DNA of 64,000 bases. Source: an uncultured Planctomycetota bacterium. GTDB taxonomy: Bacteria; Planctomycetota; Planctomycetia; Gemmatales; Gemmataceae. Made by a program: the position numbers and the translations under genes. The DNA lies in the NCBI GenBank assembly GCA_963849325.1, contig CAWKHF010000011.1, positions 94,457 through 158,456 of the forward strand. Direction: 5' to 3'. The notes under the pieces were generated by a model. The model had not been told where the DNA came from. It did not search any database and worked only from the letters and a program-made list of their open reading frames with translations. Shown here in pieces: positions 32,442 through 42,615 of this stretch. Positions within the stretch are counted from its first letter, which is position 1; every line of letters begins with the position of its first letter.

Positions 32442-33040
32442 TATCTGGCCCACTGGATCACAATACGCTGCTTCAGACGGGCAATTTCAGCGCGACAGGC
32501 CGGGATTCGGACGGAACGCAGGTAGTTGATCCCCTCCCGATAGGATGCGGCTTCCTGACGATCTCGACTGGTTTTAATGCGCTTTTCGAGATCGAGTATG
32601 CATTTTTCATGTATATGGACGCATTCCTCGCCCCACTTGATACCCTCCTCGCCGCCGCGGAGGCTCTCGCGGAGAAAGGCGTTGATGATAGTCACGCTCT
32701 CATCGCGCGTGCCGGCCCGAAAGGTAAAGCGGATGCGGCGTTCTTCGCCTTCTGCCGTGATGCGAATGTTTTTCGTCAGCCACGGGCGGGCATTCTCCAT
32801 GCGAGCGACCGAGGGCAGCCTTCGCACCTCGGGAGAGGACATCCCGCACGTCGAAAGGGGGTGAGTCTGGGCCGCGATCACCCTCTGGCGATATTGTTCC
32901 GCCGTCTCCCCCTTGGGTGGCGGTCCGATGTCCAGGATCGCGTAAGGCTCGGGAGCCGGCGCGGCCAGCACGCTCATCAGTGGCAGCATGGCGAACAGCA
33001 CCAAGGCGAACAGCATCAAGGCGGCAAGGCGGTAACGCAT
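32441..33040 (-). CDS. Secreted hypothetical protein
   Basis: Signal MRYRLAALMLFALVLFAMLPLMSVLA-APAP; GGAGG RBS; C-terminal coiled coil. Confidence 0.7.
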   Translation of the reverse strand: MRYRLAALMLFALVLFAMLPLMSVLAAPAPEPYAILDIGPPPKGETAEQYRQRVIAAQTHPLSTCGMSSPEVRRLPSVARMENARPWLTKNIRITAEGEERRIRFTFRAGTRDESVTIINAFLRESLRGGEEGIKWGEECVHIHEKCILDLEKRIKTSRDRQEAASYREGINYLRSVRIPACRAEIARLKQRIVIQWAR

Positions 33041-33218
33041 GGCGGATCCTCCGGTAGAGAGACAAATTGATCCCCCTGCTTGTACCCGGACGTTCTTGCG
33101 CTGTCAACCGTTGTGCGGACCTGCCTTCCCGAAGGCCGACAGCCGGCGTCAACCGGCTGATAGGGTCGGCCAGCCGGCTCATGCAGAAAGCTGTCCGCGA
33201 GAGAAAGTCCACCTTCGC

Positions 33219-33662
33219 TTACGCTTCCGGCTCGGATGAAATGGTTTTTTCCGCTGGGATGCCGGCCGCCGTCAACGAGGTCCACGACGGCGGATCGCTG
33301 GCGGGGAACGAATCCACCGAGGCGTCGTCCACCCGGCTTGCGTCTGTGCCGGATGCCGGCGACGAACCTTCCTGATTCTGCCGCACCGCCCGCATCAAGT
33401 CATCGGCCACGCGATCCAGGGCACCCTGGACATCCGCATCGCCCGCCTCGGCCGTCAGCGTCGCGGAAGGCAGAGGCAGGACCGCCCTCACTTCATAGCG
33501 ATTCGCCTCCGGCCGATGCTGGACCCGGAGATCGAGCCGCGGTTGCTCTGGAGCTTGCGGCCCGAGCAATTCCTCCAGCCGAGATTGCTTCGGCTGCCAG
33601 TAATTCCGCACCTGGGTCTGTACATTTTCCGCGCAACTCTGAAACACAGCTGTCGTGTACAT
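33219..33662 (-). CDS. HPF/RaiA-like protein with C-terminal SFPASDPPSW motif
   Basis: VRNYWQPKQSRLEELL..RYEVRAVLPLPSATLTAE..ALDRVADDLMRAVRQ fits the HPF/S30AE pattern; GGAGG RBS; tail VDDASVDSFPASDPPSWT. Confidence 0.65.
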   Translation of the reverse strand: MYTTAVFQSCAENVQTQVRNYWQPKQSRLEELLGPQAPEQPRLDLRVQHRPEANRYEVRAVLPLPSATLTAEAGDADVQGALDRVADDLMRAVRQNQEGSSPASGTDASRVDDASVDSFPASDPPSWTSLTAAGIPAEKTISSEPEA

Positions 33663-33724
33663 GATTATCCTCCCGAGGTCGTTCGCTTCCATTCCGAAAG
33701 TTTGCGAAAACCCCCTCTCTTTCT

Positions 33725-33740
33725 TGCAATCGGGATGCCG
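33725..33740 (-). promoter_or_regulatory. Putative sigma54 promoter
   Basis: CGGCAT-CCCGA-TTGCA (GG-N10-GC) ~65 nt upstream of the HPF-like gene. Confidence 0.55.
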
Positions 33741-33932
33741 AGATTCGGCGAACGGGGCAAACCGCGACGCTTGCGCGGCCTGCGCGGCCCTCGTCCGGCT
33801 CGGGATGGTGCGGGTGGGGCGCTTTGACCGCCTGTCGCCTTCGCGCCGTTGCCGAAACTACCTCCAGCGCGGCCCCGTCCGCAGGAGCAGATGGCGGGGG
33901 CGTCTTTCCGAGTCCCGAGCAGGATGCACACC

Positions 33933-36900
33933 ATGGGTCTCTTCCCGCGAGCGCGCACCGACCCGAACAGCCCTCCCCCGCACGGAAGCAAGTGGAAGCG
34001 ACGGCTGCTCGGCGCCTTCGTTGCGTTCCTCCTGCTGGCTCTCTTGTCGCCGATCCTCATCGCCCGGACGCCGCTGCGCAACTGGATCGCCGCGAAGGCG
34101 CTGGCGCGGCTCCAGGGCGAGGTGCGCATCGGCGGCGCCTCGCTGTGGTGGTTCTCTCCACCCACGTTCACCGACATTGAGGTCCGCGACGCAGCGGGGC
34201 GGACCCTGCTCCGCGCTCCGCGGGCCGAAGGCGGCAAGTCCCTGGTCGCCCTGTTATGCCACCCTCTCGACCTTGGCGAATTCCGCATCACGCAGCCGGA
34301 CCTGCACGTCGTTTGCTCGCGCGATTCGACCAACGTGGAGACGGCCCTATCCTACTGGCTGCAAAAGAAGGACAACCAGGAGGATGCCGGGTTGGCGCTG
34401 CAGGGCATCGCGGCCCGCGCCGAACTCACCGAGGGCCGCCTGTCCGTCGAAGATGAGGACACCGGCCGAACCTGGACGCTCGACGCGGTGAATGTTTCCG
34501 TCGCGGTCCCGCACGACCGCCGCACGCCGCTCCAGCTTCGGCTGAGCGCCGCCGTGGCGGATGCGCAGCAGCCTGGCCACCTGAATGCGGAACTGGCCGC
34601 GAGGCTAGTCGAGGCGTCCGGAGCCGCCCCGCGTCCGCGGGTCGAGGGCGAGTTGCACGCGGAGGGCGTTCCCCTGGCGGCGGCCGAGCCGTTCCTGCGC
34701 CGTTTCGAGCCGCACCTCAAGCTCGATGGCCGGCTCGGCATCAACCTGACGCTGCGGCAGGGCGACGGCCAGGCCGGCGCGCCGGACCTGCGGCTGGAAG
34801 GCGACGTTTCTCTCTCGACCCTGGCGCTGGGAGATCCCTTGATGGGACCGGACGTCCTGCGGTTGGCACGGGTGCAGGCGCCGTTCCGCCTCACCCTGAA
34901 CGGCAACCGACTGGTCGTCGAGCAGGTCGAGATCCAGTCCGACGTTGGCCAGGCGAGCCTGGCCGGCACGGTGGACCTGACCCGAGACCCGCGCGAGGCG
35001 CTCACTCAACCCGGCCATCGCGTCGATGCCTCGCTCGACCTGGCTCGACTCGCGGGGCTGGTGCCCAACACCCTGCGTCTGACGAAGGACACGCACATCG
35101 CGTCGGGCACGCTGTCGCTGCGCGTCCGCAGCTCGGCCCGGCCCGACGGCGTGCTGTGGGAGGGCGACCTGCGCACCTCCGACTTGCAAGGGCTTTACCA
35201 GGGGCAGCATTTGACCTGGAAGGAGCCGCTCGCCGTCGTCTTCGCCGTGCGCCAGGAGGCGAACGCCTGGCCGGTGGTCGAGCGCTTCCGCTGCGATTCC
35301 GACTTCTTGCGTCTGGAAATGTCCGGCTCGCTGGACGAATGGACGGCCCGCGCCGGCTTCAACCTCGGTCGGCTGAGCGAGCACCTGGCCGGCTTCGTCG
35401 ATCTCGGCCCTGTCCGTCTGCTCGGCGAAGGTTCGGCGCGGCTGTCGGCCAAGAGGAACCTGCGCGGCGGCTGCCGCCTGCAAGGCGACGTCCAGGTCGC
35501 TCAACTCCAGTTGACCGACGGCGGCCAGGCGTGGCGTGAAGATAATCTCACCGTGCGCCTGGATCTGGTCGGCGAGCCGATGGGCGGCTCCTATCGCGTC
35601 AACGCCGGCGGACTGCACGTCCTGGCCGGCGACGACGGCATCGACCTCGACCTGCTCGAACCGATCGCCAACGTCACGGCCGCCAGCGCCGCCAGCGCTC
35701 GTGCTGCGCGTCCACGGCGACCTGGCTCGCTGGCACGGCCGGCTCGCTCGCCTGATCGGCGCCCTCGACGGCGTACAAGTCGCCGGGCAAATCGAACTGG
35801 ACGGCCGGCTGCGCTACGAGGGAGAAGCCATTCGCCTTGACGATGTCAAAGTAGCGGGCCGGACCATCCGGCTGCGCGGTTACGGCCTGTGCGTGGAGGA
35901 GCCGACGCTGGATTTCACGACCTCGGGCCGCTGGCTGGCGGCGCGGGAGGCGTTGGAGCTGCAGCAAACACGGCTGTGCTGCCCGACCGTCACGGTCCAG
36001 GCGCCGGCCGTGTCGCTGACGACGGACCCGGCGGGGGCGTTGCAGATCACGGCCAGCGCGGCCGTGCAGGGCGACGTGGCGCGTCTGCACCGCTGCGTGT
36101 TCGCCTCGACGGCGAACACGCCGGATTCGCTCGGCGGCGCATTCGCCGGCCGCATCGACCTGCGTCCCGACGAGGGCCGGCAAGTCGTGCAGCTGGATGC
36201 GAACGTCTTGAACCTGGCCTTTGGAGCGCCGGCGGCGCCGGCCTGGCGCGAGCCGCGCGTCCACCTCGCCGCCCACGTCGTCTACGACTTCCTCAAGGAC
36301 TCGGTACAGATCGTGCAGCTGCACCTGGAAAGTCCGACGCTGGGCTGCGACGCCGCCGGCCAGGTCGCCGCCCTTCGCGGTGACATGGAGTTGTCACTGG
36401 AAGGAAAGCTCAGCTGCGACCTGGAGAAGCTGGAACCGCAACTGCGGCCGTACCTGGGTCCGGGCGTGAAGCTGTCCGGCCGCGACGTTCGCCCCTTCCG
36501 CATCGCCGGCGCACTGGCGCCGCCGGATCTCCTCGGCCACCTGCGCGGCGAGGCTGGCCTGGCCTGGCAATCCCTGCAAGCGATGGGCTGTCAGGTCGGT
36601 CCCGCCGATCTGCACGGCCGATTGGCCGATGGCTGGTTCCGTGTCTCGCCCATCGACACGACGCTGAACCAGGGCCGCCTGCACCTGGAGCCGAGTCTGC
36701 GCCTCGATCCGGTCCCGCTCGAAGTCCAGCTGACGAAAGGCCGCGTCGTCGAGCACGCCCGCCTGACGCCGGCCGCTTGCGCCAGCGCCCTCGGATTCGC
36801 CCTGCCGGTCATCGCCAACGTGGCCCAGGCCGAGGGCGAGCTGTCGTTGGACCTGGACGCCGGCCGGCTGCCGCTGACCGAGCCGACCCGCGCCGAGATG

Positions 36901-37377
36901 GCCGGACGGATCACCATTCACTCGGCGCAGGTCAGCCCCGGTCCACTGGTCCAGGAACTGAGCGTGCTGCTCAAAGGCCCAGCCACGCTCACGCTGGCGC
37001 GCGACAACGTCGTGCCCATCGTGATGAAGAATGGCCGCGTCTACCACAGCAATCTGGAGCTGCACTTCCCCGAGCTGACGGTGCGAACGGCCGGCTCGGT
37101 CGGCCTGGACGGCAGCCTGGCCCTGGTCGCCGAGATGCCGGTGCCGCCGAAATGGCTCGGTTCGGGCCGCCTCGCCAGCGCCGTCGCCGGGCAGACCATT
37201 CGCCTGCCCATCGGTGGCACCCTCAGCAGCCCGAAACTGGATCAGCAAGCGCTGCGCGCCGCCGCCGCCCAGTTCGCGCGGGAGACAACCGAGAACGTCC
37301 TTCGGCAGGACGTGGACGGCAAGCTGAAACAGGAAGCCGAGAACGGGTTGAAGAGATTGTTCCGTCCCCGGAAGTAA
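33933..37377 (+). CDS. Large AsmA-like envelope protein (frameshift ~35695)
   Basis: N-terminal TM LLGAFVAFLLLALLSPILIA; long amphipathic-strand body; C-terminal TAGSVGLDGSL..IRLPIGGTLSSPKLD typical of AsmA-like ends. Confidence 0.75.
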
Positions 37378-37388
37378 GAGGCTCTTGT

Positions 37389-37440
37389 CCGAGCCTGAAG
37401 CGTAAGCGAAGAGTACTCTTCGCTTACGCTTCAGGCTCGG
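37389..37440. repeat. REP-like palindrome (CCGAGCCTGAAGCGTAAGCGAAG family)
   Basis: Perfect 52-bp palindrome; copies at 47805-47879, 61651-61704 and a half copy at 33213-33236. Confidence 0.85.
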
Positions 37441-37632
37441 AGGCATTTTGCCCGCTCACTCCCGTCCGCGCACACTTCCCCATGACAACAAGCCGGCGGC
37501 TCTTTACACTAGCGCAGACAGGATGCAACCGCACCCGCGGCGGTGATGGTCATACCCGGGCAGGCGTTCCCCGAGCGAACCGGCGCCGCCCACGGATAAA
37601 CGTCGGACACTATTTTGATGGAGGGAGTTGAC

Positions 37633-37788
37633 GTGAGCATCGTTCGTGTCGGCCTGGCCGAAACCAAGAACTTCTCCGAGGGCTACGAGGCTATTTTCGG
37701 CAAGAAGAAAACCGGCGAAGCCAAGAAGACCAAGGCGGTCGCCAAGAACTCGGCCGCGAAGAAGAAAAAGAAGGCCAAGAAGAAGTAA
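37633..37788 (+). CDS. Small Lys-rich basic protein (51 aa), not in ORF track
   Basis: GAGGGAG RBS + GTG; MSIVRVGLAETKNFSEGYEAIFGKKKTGEAKKTKAVAKNSAAKKKKKAKKK*; codons mostly end in G/C. Confidence 0.8.
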   Translation: MSIVRVGLAETKNFSEGYEAIFGKKKTGEAKKTKAVAKNSAAKKKKKAKKK

Positions 37789-37850
37789 TCTCCACTCCTC
37801 TGGCCGGAGGGACGGGGTAGACTGAAACCGCCATCCGAAAGCAAGCTCCG

Positions 37851-37896
37851 CTCCCCTGCATTCTCGGAAACCCGTGTTTCCGAGAATGCAGGGGAG
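37851..37896. repeat. 21-bp inverted repeat, possible terminator
   Basis: CTCCCCTGCATTCTCGGAAAC / GTTTCCGAGAATGCAGGGGAG. Confidence 0.6.
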
Positions 37897-37927
37897 TTTT
37901 CGTGTCGAATCGCCGAAGGGCCATGCC

Positions 37928-39226
37928 ATGATCCTCTTGTTGCAGCTCGGCCCTTTCGTGCTCCTGCTTCTGGCGATCGCGCTGCTGCCGCTCGTGGCGG
38001 AGAGATTCTGGCACCCCAACCGAACCAAGGCGCTGGTGAGTCTCGCCCTGGCCCTGCCCTGCGTGGTGTGGCTGCTGGCGCAAGGGCCGGCCGGCGTTCA
38101 TCGCCTGCTGCACGCCCTGGGCGAATACCTGCAATTCATCCTGTTGTTGGCGGCCCTCTATGCCATCTCCGGCGTCCTCGTGGTGCATGGCGACCTGCCG
38201 CGCGGCCCGGTCGGCAACACGCTCTGGCTGGCCCTGGGCGCCGTGCTGGCCAACCTGATTGGCACCACGGGAGCCAGCATGTTGCTGCTGCGCCCGCTGC
38301 TGTGCGCCAACCACCACCGCCGCCGCAACCGTCATGTGCCCCTGTTCTTCATCTTCGTGGTCGGCAACTGCGGCGGTCTGCTCCTGCCCCTGGGAGACCC
38401 TCCCCTCTTCCTGGGTTTTCTGGAAGGCGTTGATTTCTTCTGGACGTTACAACTGTGGCCGCACTGGCTCGTCGTCAACGGACTGGTGCTCCTCATTTTC
38501 TACGCCTGGGACGCTCGCGCCTGGCGTGCCGATTGCCTCCATCCGGCCGCGCCGACAGCCACGCCGCGGCATCCCCTGCGGATCGAGGGTCTGGGGCTGG
38601 GGACGGTCCTGGTGCTCGGAGTGATGGCGACGTTGCTTCTGCAAGCGCCGTCAATCGCGCGGGCGCTGGGCCAGGAATTACGGCGCGTGCATGCCAACAT
38701 CCCGGACCCGCTTCTGCCCGCCTGGGCCGGAGGGGTGATCCTGGCCGTGTTGACCGGACTGGCGGCGGCGGCGATTCACCGCACTCCCCGCGAGACGCGC
38801 GTGCTGGTGTGGGAGCCGATGCTCGAAGTCGCCATCCTGTTCGCCGGCATCTTCATCACCATGACGCCCGCGCTGCATCTGCTGAGTGGGCTGCCGCCTT
38901 TGCCGTGGACGGAGGCGCCTGCTGTGGATGGCCGGGGGCATGTCGAGCATGTTGGACAACGCGCCAACTTATCTCGCCTTCGCCACGTTGGCCAACCCGG
39001 GCGGCCCGCGCCCCTCGCCGAACAGCCGCGCATGCTCCAGGCACTCAGTTGCGGCGCCGTCTGGATGGGGGCGCTGACCTACATCGGCAACGGTCCCAAC
39101 TTTCTCATTCGGAGCATCGCCGAGCACATGGGCTATCGAATGCCTTCGTTCTTCGGCTATCTCGGTTACTCGCTGCCAATCCTGCTGCCCGTCTTCGCCC
39201 TGGCGACCCTCCTGTTTTTCCGATGA
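37928..39226 (+). CDS. Sodium:proton antiporter-like membrane transporter (compensating frameshifts ~38910-39010)
   Basis: ANLIGTTGASMLL, GNCGGLLLPLGDPPLFLGF, EVAILFAGIFITM, alternate-frame SSMLDNAPTYLAF, GALTYIGNGPNF. Confidence 0.85.
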   Translation: MILLLQLGPFVLLLLAIALLPLVAERFWHPNRTKALVSLALALPCVVWLLAQGPAGVHRLLHALGEYLQFILLLAALYAISGVLVVHGDLPRGPVGNTLWLALGAVLANLIGTTGASMLLLRPLLCANHHRRRNRHVPLFFIFVVGNCGGLLLPLGDPPLFLGFLEGVDFFWTLQLWPHWLVVNGLVLLIFYAWDARAWRADCLHPAAPTATPRHPLRIEGLGLGTVLVLGVMATLLLQAPSIARALGQELRRVHANIPDPLLPAWAGGVILAVLTGLAAAAIHRTPRETRVLVWEPMLEVAILFAGIFITMTPALHLLSGLPPLPWTEAPAVDGRGHVEHVGQRANLSRLRHVGQPGRPAPLAEQPRMLQALSCGAVWMGALTYIGNGPNFLIRSIAEHMGYRMPSFFGYLGYSLPILLPVFALATLLFFR

Positions 39227-39256
39227 CTTCCGAGAAGACGCGCAGCGGGAGGCGGC

Positions 39257-39750
39257 TCATTTCTTGGGCAATTGCACGCGCGCCCATCCAGCCAGATCGT
39301 CAGCTTCTCCCCCGGATGTACGACGATGGTGCGCGACTGGATGGTTTCGGGTCCGCCGGCAAGGGGGAACGAGCGTAGCTGTCCATCGGGGCCGCGGACG
39401 GCCACCACCCTTGACTGGCTCACGGGCCGGGTGACGGAAACCACGACATCGGAGACGGGGGCTTCCCGATGGACGCTGGCGACCCAGGCCGGCGGTCGGG
39501 ACGAAGCGGCCGCCGCCGAGAACTCCTCGACCGCCTGCTTGTAGTGCTGGATCTTCATCGTGTACTGGTATCCCTTGTCGCTGGGGTAGATCTGATACGA
39601 CTTCAGACCCGTGTAATAGCGGGGATACGGATACGCCGTTCGGGCGGGGGCGTGGCCGAGAGGAGAACTTTGGGCCGAAGCGGATGAGGTAGCGAGAAGC
39701 ACGACGCACAAAAGCGCCAGGCTCTTGCCCAGGGAGAGAAGGCGAGCCAT
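39257..39750 (-). CDS. Secreted hypothetical protein (C-terminus probably frameshifted ~39280)
   Basis: Signal MARLLSLGKSLALLCVVLLATSSASA; Tyr-rich region; VRGPDGQLRSFPL. Confidence 0.65.
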
Positions 39751-40088
39751 GAGATCAGCACCTTTCGCGTCCCAGGCGGATCACGAAAACGCTTGCCGAT
39801 CGCGCTGCGCGGATGACCATCGTTGGAACAAGCCTGTACCTGGCCGGAGAGGCATCCCTGCGGGCCAGACCTTCAGCTTGGAGGTGGGAGGGTGGTTCGT
39901 TTCCGACCGTTCGGACGCCGTTGGGGTCAAGAGAACCGACGTACCAGCTCGCCTCCGGCGAACCCGTTTTCTTCACGTCACCCGCGCCCACTCGCTCTCA
40001 CCGCCTTGAGGCACAATCCATCATTCATTATATCGGCCCGAGGGAGCGGTCACGAACCTCCTTTCTTTTTTTTCACGAACCCGGACGA

Positions 40089-40468
40089 TCAGGATGGACC
40101 TCCGGGACGAGCCGACACGGGTGGGTTTTTCTTGGGAGATCGTCCCGTCTCCGTGGGCGGGACGCGCTTGCCAGTCGCACTCCGGAAATAAACCTTCAGG
40201 ATCTCCTTGCTGTGCGGCCTGGCGATTTCCATACGCAGGATGACCGCGTCGGCCGGAATCTCCTCGTACTTACAGGGCTGGCCATTGAGCAGGATTTCCG
40301 TCTCGCCGTGATGCGATACTCGTCACGGGGCTGGGTGAGGGTCAACGGTTGGAGACCCTCGGTCGGAACCTTCCGTGGACGATCCGCCGAATCGTTGCGA
40401 CTTCGAGTGGCCAGCACGGGCGAGGCCGTGGCGAGGACGCAAACCAAACACAGCACCAGGCGCTTCAT
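40089..40468 (-). CDS. Small secreted hypothetical protein (frameshift ~40305)
   Basis: MKRLVLCLVCVLATASPVLA; shifted frame continues GETEILLNGQPCKYEEIPADAVILRMEIA..ILKVYFRS to TGA at 40089. Confidence 0.6.
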
Positions 40469-40522
40469 CTCTTCCTCTCGGATCAAACTCCAGTGGCTAC
40501 TTGTCGCCTCACGGAAGTGTTT

Positions 40523-40538
40523 CGCAAGGACCGTGCCA
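40523..40538 (-). promoter_or_regulatory. Sigma54 promoter
   Basis: TGGCAC-GGTCC-TTGCG, 55 nt upstream of ATG 40468. Confidence 0.7.
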
Positions 40539-40964
40539 GCAGGGCTGGCAGCGACGTGGTTGTTTGCAAAGCGTTTAGGTCAAAGGGATTACGGAGAGAG
40601 TGATTTCGCAGAAGAGGAGAGAGGAAAGCACGTCGCTGCCTGAGTTGCTGGCATCTCGTGTCGAGAAGGCAGGCAGTCGGGACTGGCGGACCCAACCGAG
40701 CCGCGACCGTTACAGTAGTTTCAAGGTTGGGTGAGGGGGTAGTTGGCGAAATCGCTTGTATTCTCGGCGTTTTCTTTCGCCCTCGCCCTTGCTGACTCCT
40801 CTCCAGCCAGCGCCGAACTTTCGGCGCGAGCTCGACTGTTGCAAGTCCTTCAAACAAAGCGCCTTGCAACAACAGCGCCGAAAGTTCGGCGCTTCAGAAC
40901 CTTGAAACTGCTGGTTAGGGAGCGGAGAATCTCCCGCTCCCTGACAGTCGCGGCTCAGACGGTA

Positions 40965-41339
40965 TCAGTCGAAGAAATCGCGCAGAGCGTCGAGAAAGTT
41001 CGTCTGCTTCGGGCCGGGCGGTTGTGGACGAGGAAGAACCCAGATCACGTTTTGACTGCTGGCTCCCTGGACCTTGGCGAGGTAGCCTTGCTGCTGGGCC
41101 TCAAAGCCAAGCTGGCGAGCCACTACGGGCCGGCGTGCGGAGAGCTGGGGGGCCGGGCTGGCCGACCTGGAGGAACCCGGCGGAGGGGCTGTTTTCCGCT
41201 TGGCGATTCGTACCTCGTCTCCTGGAAGAGAAGTTTTTTTGCCGCTGGAGGGTGGCCCGGCGGCCGCGCTCAGCGTCAACCCGAAGAGAATTGCCGTCGC
41301 CAGCAACCCACCGGGAAGAGATCCGCGTACTTGCGACAT
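40965..41339 (-). CDS. Small secreted basic hypothetical protein
   Basis: TAAGGAGG RBS; signal GGLLATAILFGLTLSAAA. Confidence 0.6.
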   Translation of the reverse strand: MSQVRGSLPGGLLATAILFGLTLSAAAGPPSSGKKTSLPGDEVRIAKRKTAPPPGSSRSASPAPQLSARRPVVARQLGFEAQQQGYLAKVQGASSQNVIWVLPRPQPPGPKQTNFLDALRDFFD

Positions 41340-41524
41340 GCTTCGCTTCCTCCTTAATTGTCCCTATCCTCCCGGCGTTTCTGTCCTGCCGAAACCTCCG
41401 GGGATGACGGGCCGGCTCGCGGACATACCGGAGTCGGCCCGTGGATTTCATCAGCGCTTGGGGCGATCGATCTTCAGCTTTTTCCGGAGGAAGCGAGCGG
41501 CCCAGCCGGCCGGGCCGCTTGGTC

Positions 41525-42460
41525 CTACTTGCCGATCTTGAGCTTGAGGACGCAATCCTGCCGGATCGCTCCGCTAACGCCGATTACCTTAACGTCCTGC
41601 TCTTTTTCCGCGGCGTCGGCAGCGGCAGAGACGTGTACGTAGACCTTGCTCTTGTCGGCGGCAACCGTCGTATTCGGGAGAGTGACGCCGGCCGGCACGG
41701 ACTCGAACTTCAGGGCCACCGGCCCATCGAAATCGGTGCGGATCAGCTTGATGGGCAGCAGCTTGGCTCCGCCCGCTGGTAGGCTCAACATCTCCGGCAT
41801 CACCAACGTCAGCGTGCCTTTCCGAACCAACGTCTCCACCTTCGGGGCGGCCGGCTCCCCTATGGGCGCGGGTTTGGGCTTGGGTTTCGGCGTCGGCAAT
41901 CGCTCCGGCTTCTTCTCCGGCTCCGTCTTCTTCTCCGGCCCCGGTTTGTTCTCGTCTTCCGTCTTCTTCTCCGGTCCCGTCTTGGGGGCCGATTTTTTCT
42001 CCGGCTCCGTCTTTTTCTCCGGCTCCGTCTTGGGAGGCGCTTTGTTCTCGGCTACCGTCTTCTTCACAGGCTCGGGAGTTTTCTCCGGCTTTGGTTTCTT
42101 CTCGGCCTCCGCTTTCTTCTCCGGTGCCGGAGGGGGCAGTCCCCGCAGGTCGAGCGTGATGGTCTCGCCGGCCCAGACCACGGTTTTGGTCTGGCGTATC
42201 ACCTCCTTGTCGTTCTCCTTCCAGACACCTTTGACCTGGTAGGAGAACTTCCTGCCGGGGACGAGGGGCGGCGTCTCGAATTCGCGCGTCTCGCCGCTCT
42301 GCTGACACTTGTAATCGCCGAAGTACAACTCGGCGTCGGCGGGCAGACGAACGATGACCACCGCGGGTTTTTTCTCCGCGGCATCCGACTCCTCGCCGAA
42401 GGACGGGGCCGCCCCGCCCAACAGGGTCAAGGCGGCGAAAATCAGAGTGATCCGGCGCAT
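41525..42460 (-). CDS. TIGR03000 domain secreted protein with KKTEPE repeat linker
   Basis: AVVIVRLPADAELYF..SGETREFETPPLVPGRKFSYQV..VVWAGETITLDL; K/E/P repeats; Ig-like C-terminus. Confidence 0.85.
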   Translation of the reverse strand: MRRITLIFAALTLLGGAAPSFGEESDAAEKKPAVVIVRLPADAELYFGDYKCQQSGETREFETPPLVPGRKFSYQVKGVWKENDKEVIRQTKTVVWAGETITLDLRGLPPPAPEKKAEAEKKPKPEKTPEPVKKTVAENKAPPKTEPEKKTEPEKKSAPKTGPEKKTEDENKPGPEKKTEPEKKPERLPTPKPKPKPAPIGEPAAPKVETLVRKGTLTLVMPEMLSLPAGGAKLLPIKLIRTDFDGPVALKFESVPAGVTLPNTTVAADKSKVYVHVSAAADAAEKEQDVKVIGVSGAIRQDCVLKLKIGK

Positions 42461-42505
42461 AGATGTCTCCATTTGGTCTGCCCGAGTGCTAACCAAAAAG
42501 GGGCC

Positions 42506-42602
42506 TCACGCCAAGGCGCAAAGAACGCAAAGGAAAAACAGAAGGCTTCCTTTCGCCGTTTCCATTTTATTCTTTCTTTGCGTTCTTTGCGCTTGGCGTG
42601 AG
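42506..42602. repeat. Long inverted repeat (CTCACGCCAAGGCGCAAAGAACGCAAAG family)
   Basis: ~28-bp arms downstream of amt. Confidence 0.75.
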
Positions 42603-42615
42603 ATCCTTCTTGTCA

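Noticed and set aside
39755-39810. c-di-GMP-I riboswitch-like words (GGCAAG..GGGACGCGAAAG) on the minus strand
   Set aside because: No room for the P3 stem before ATG 39750 and no convincing P2 pairing.
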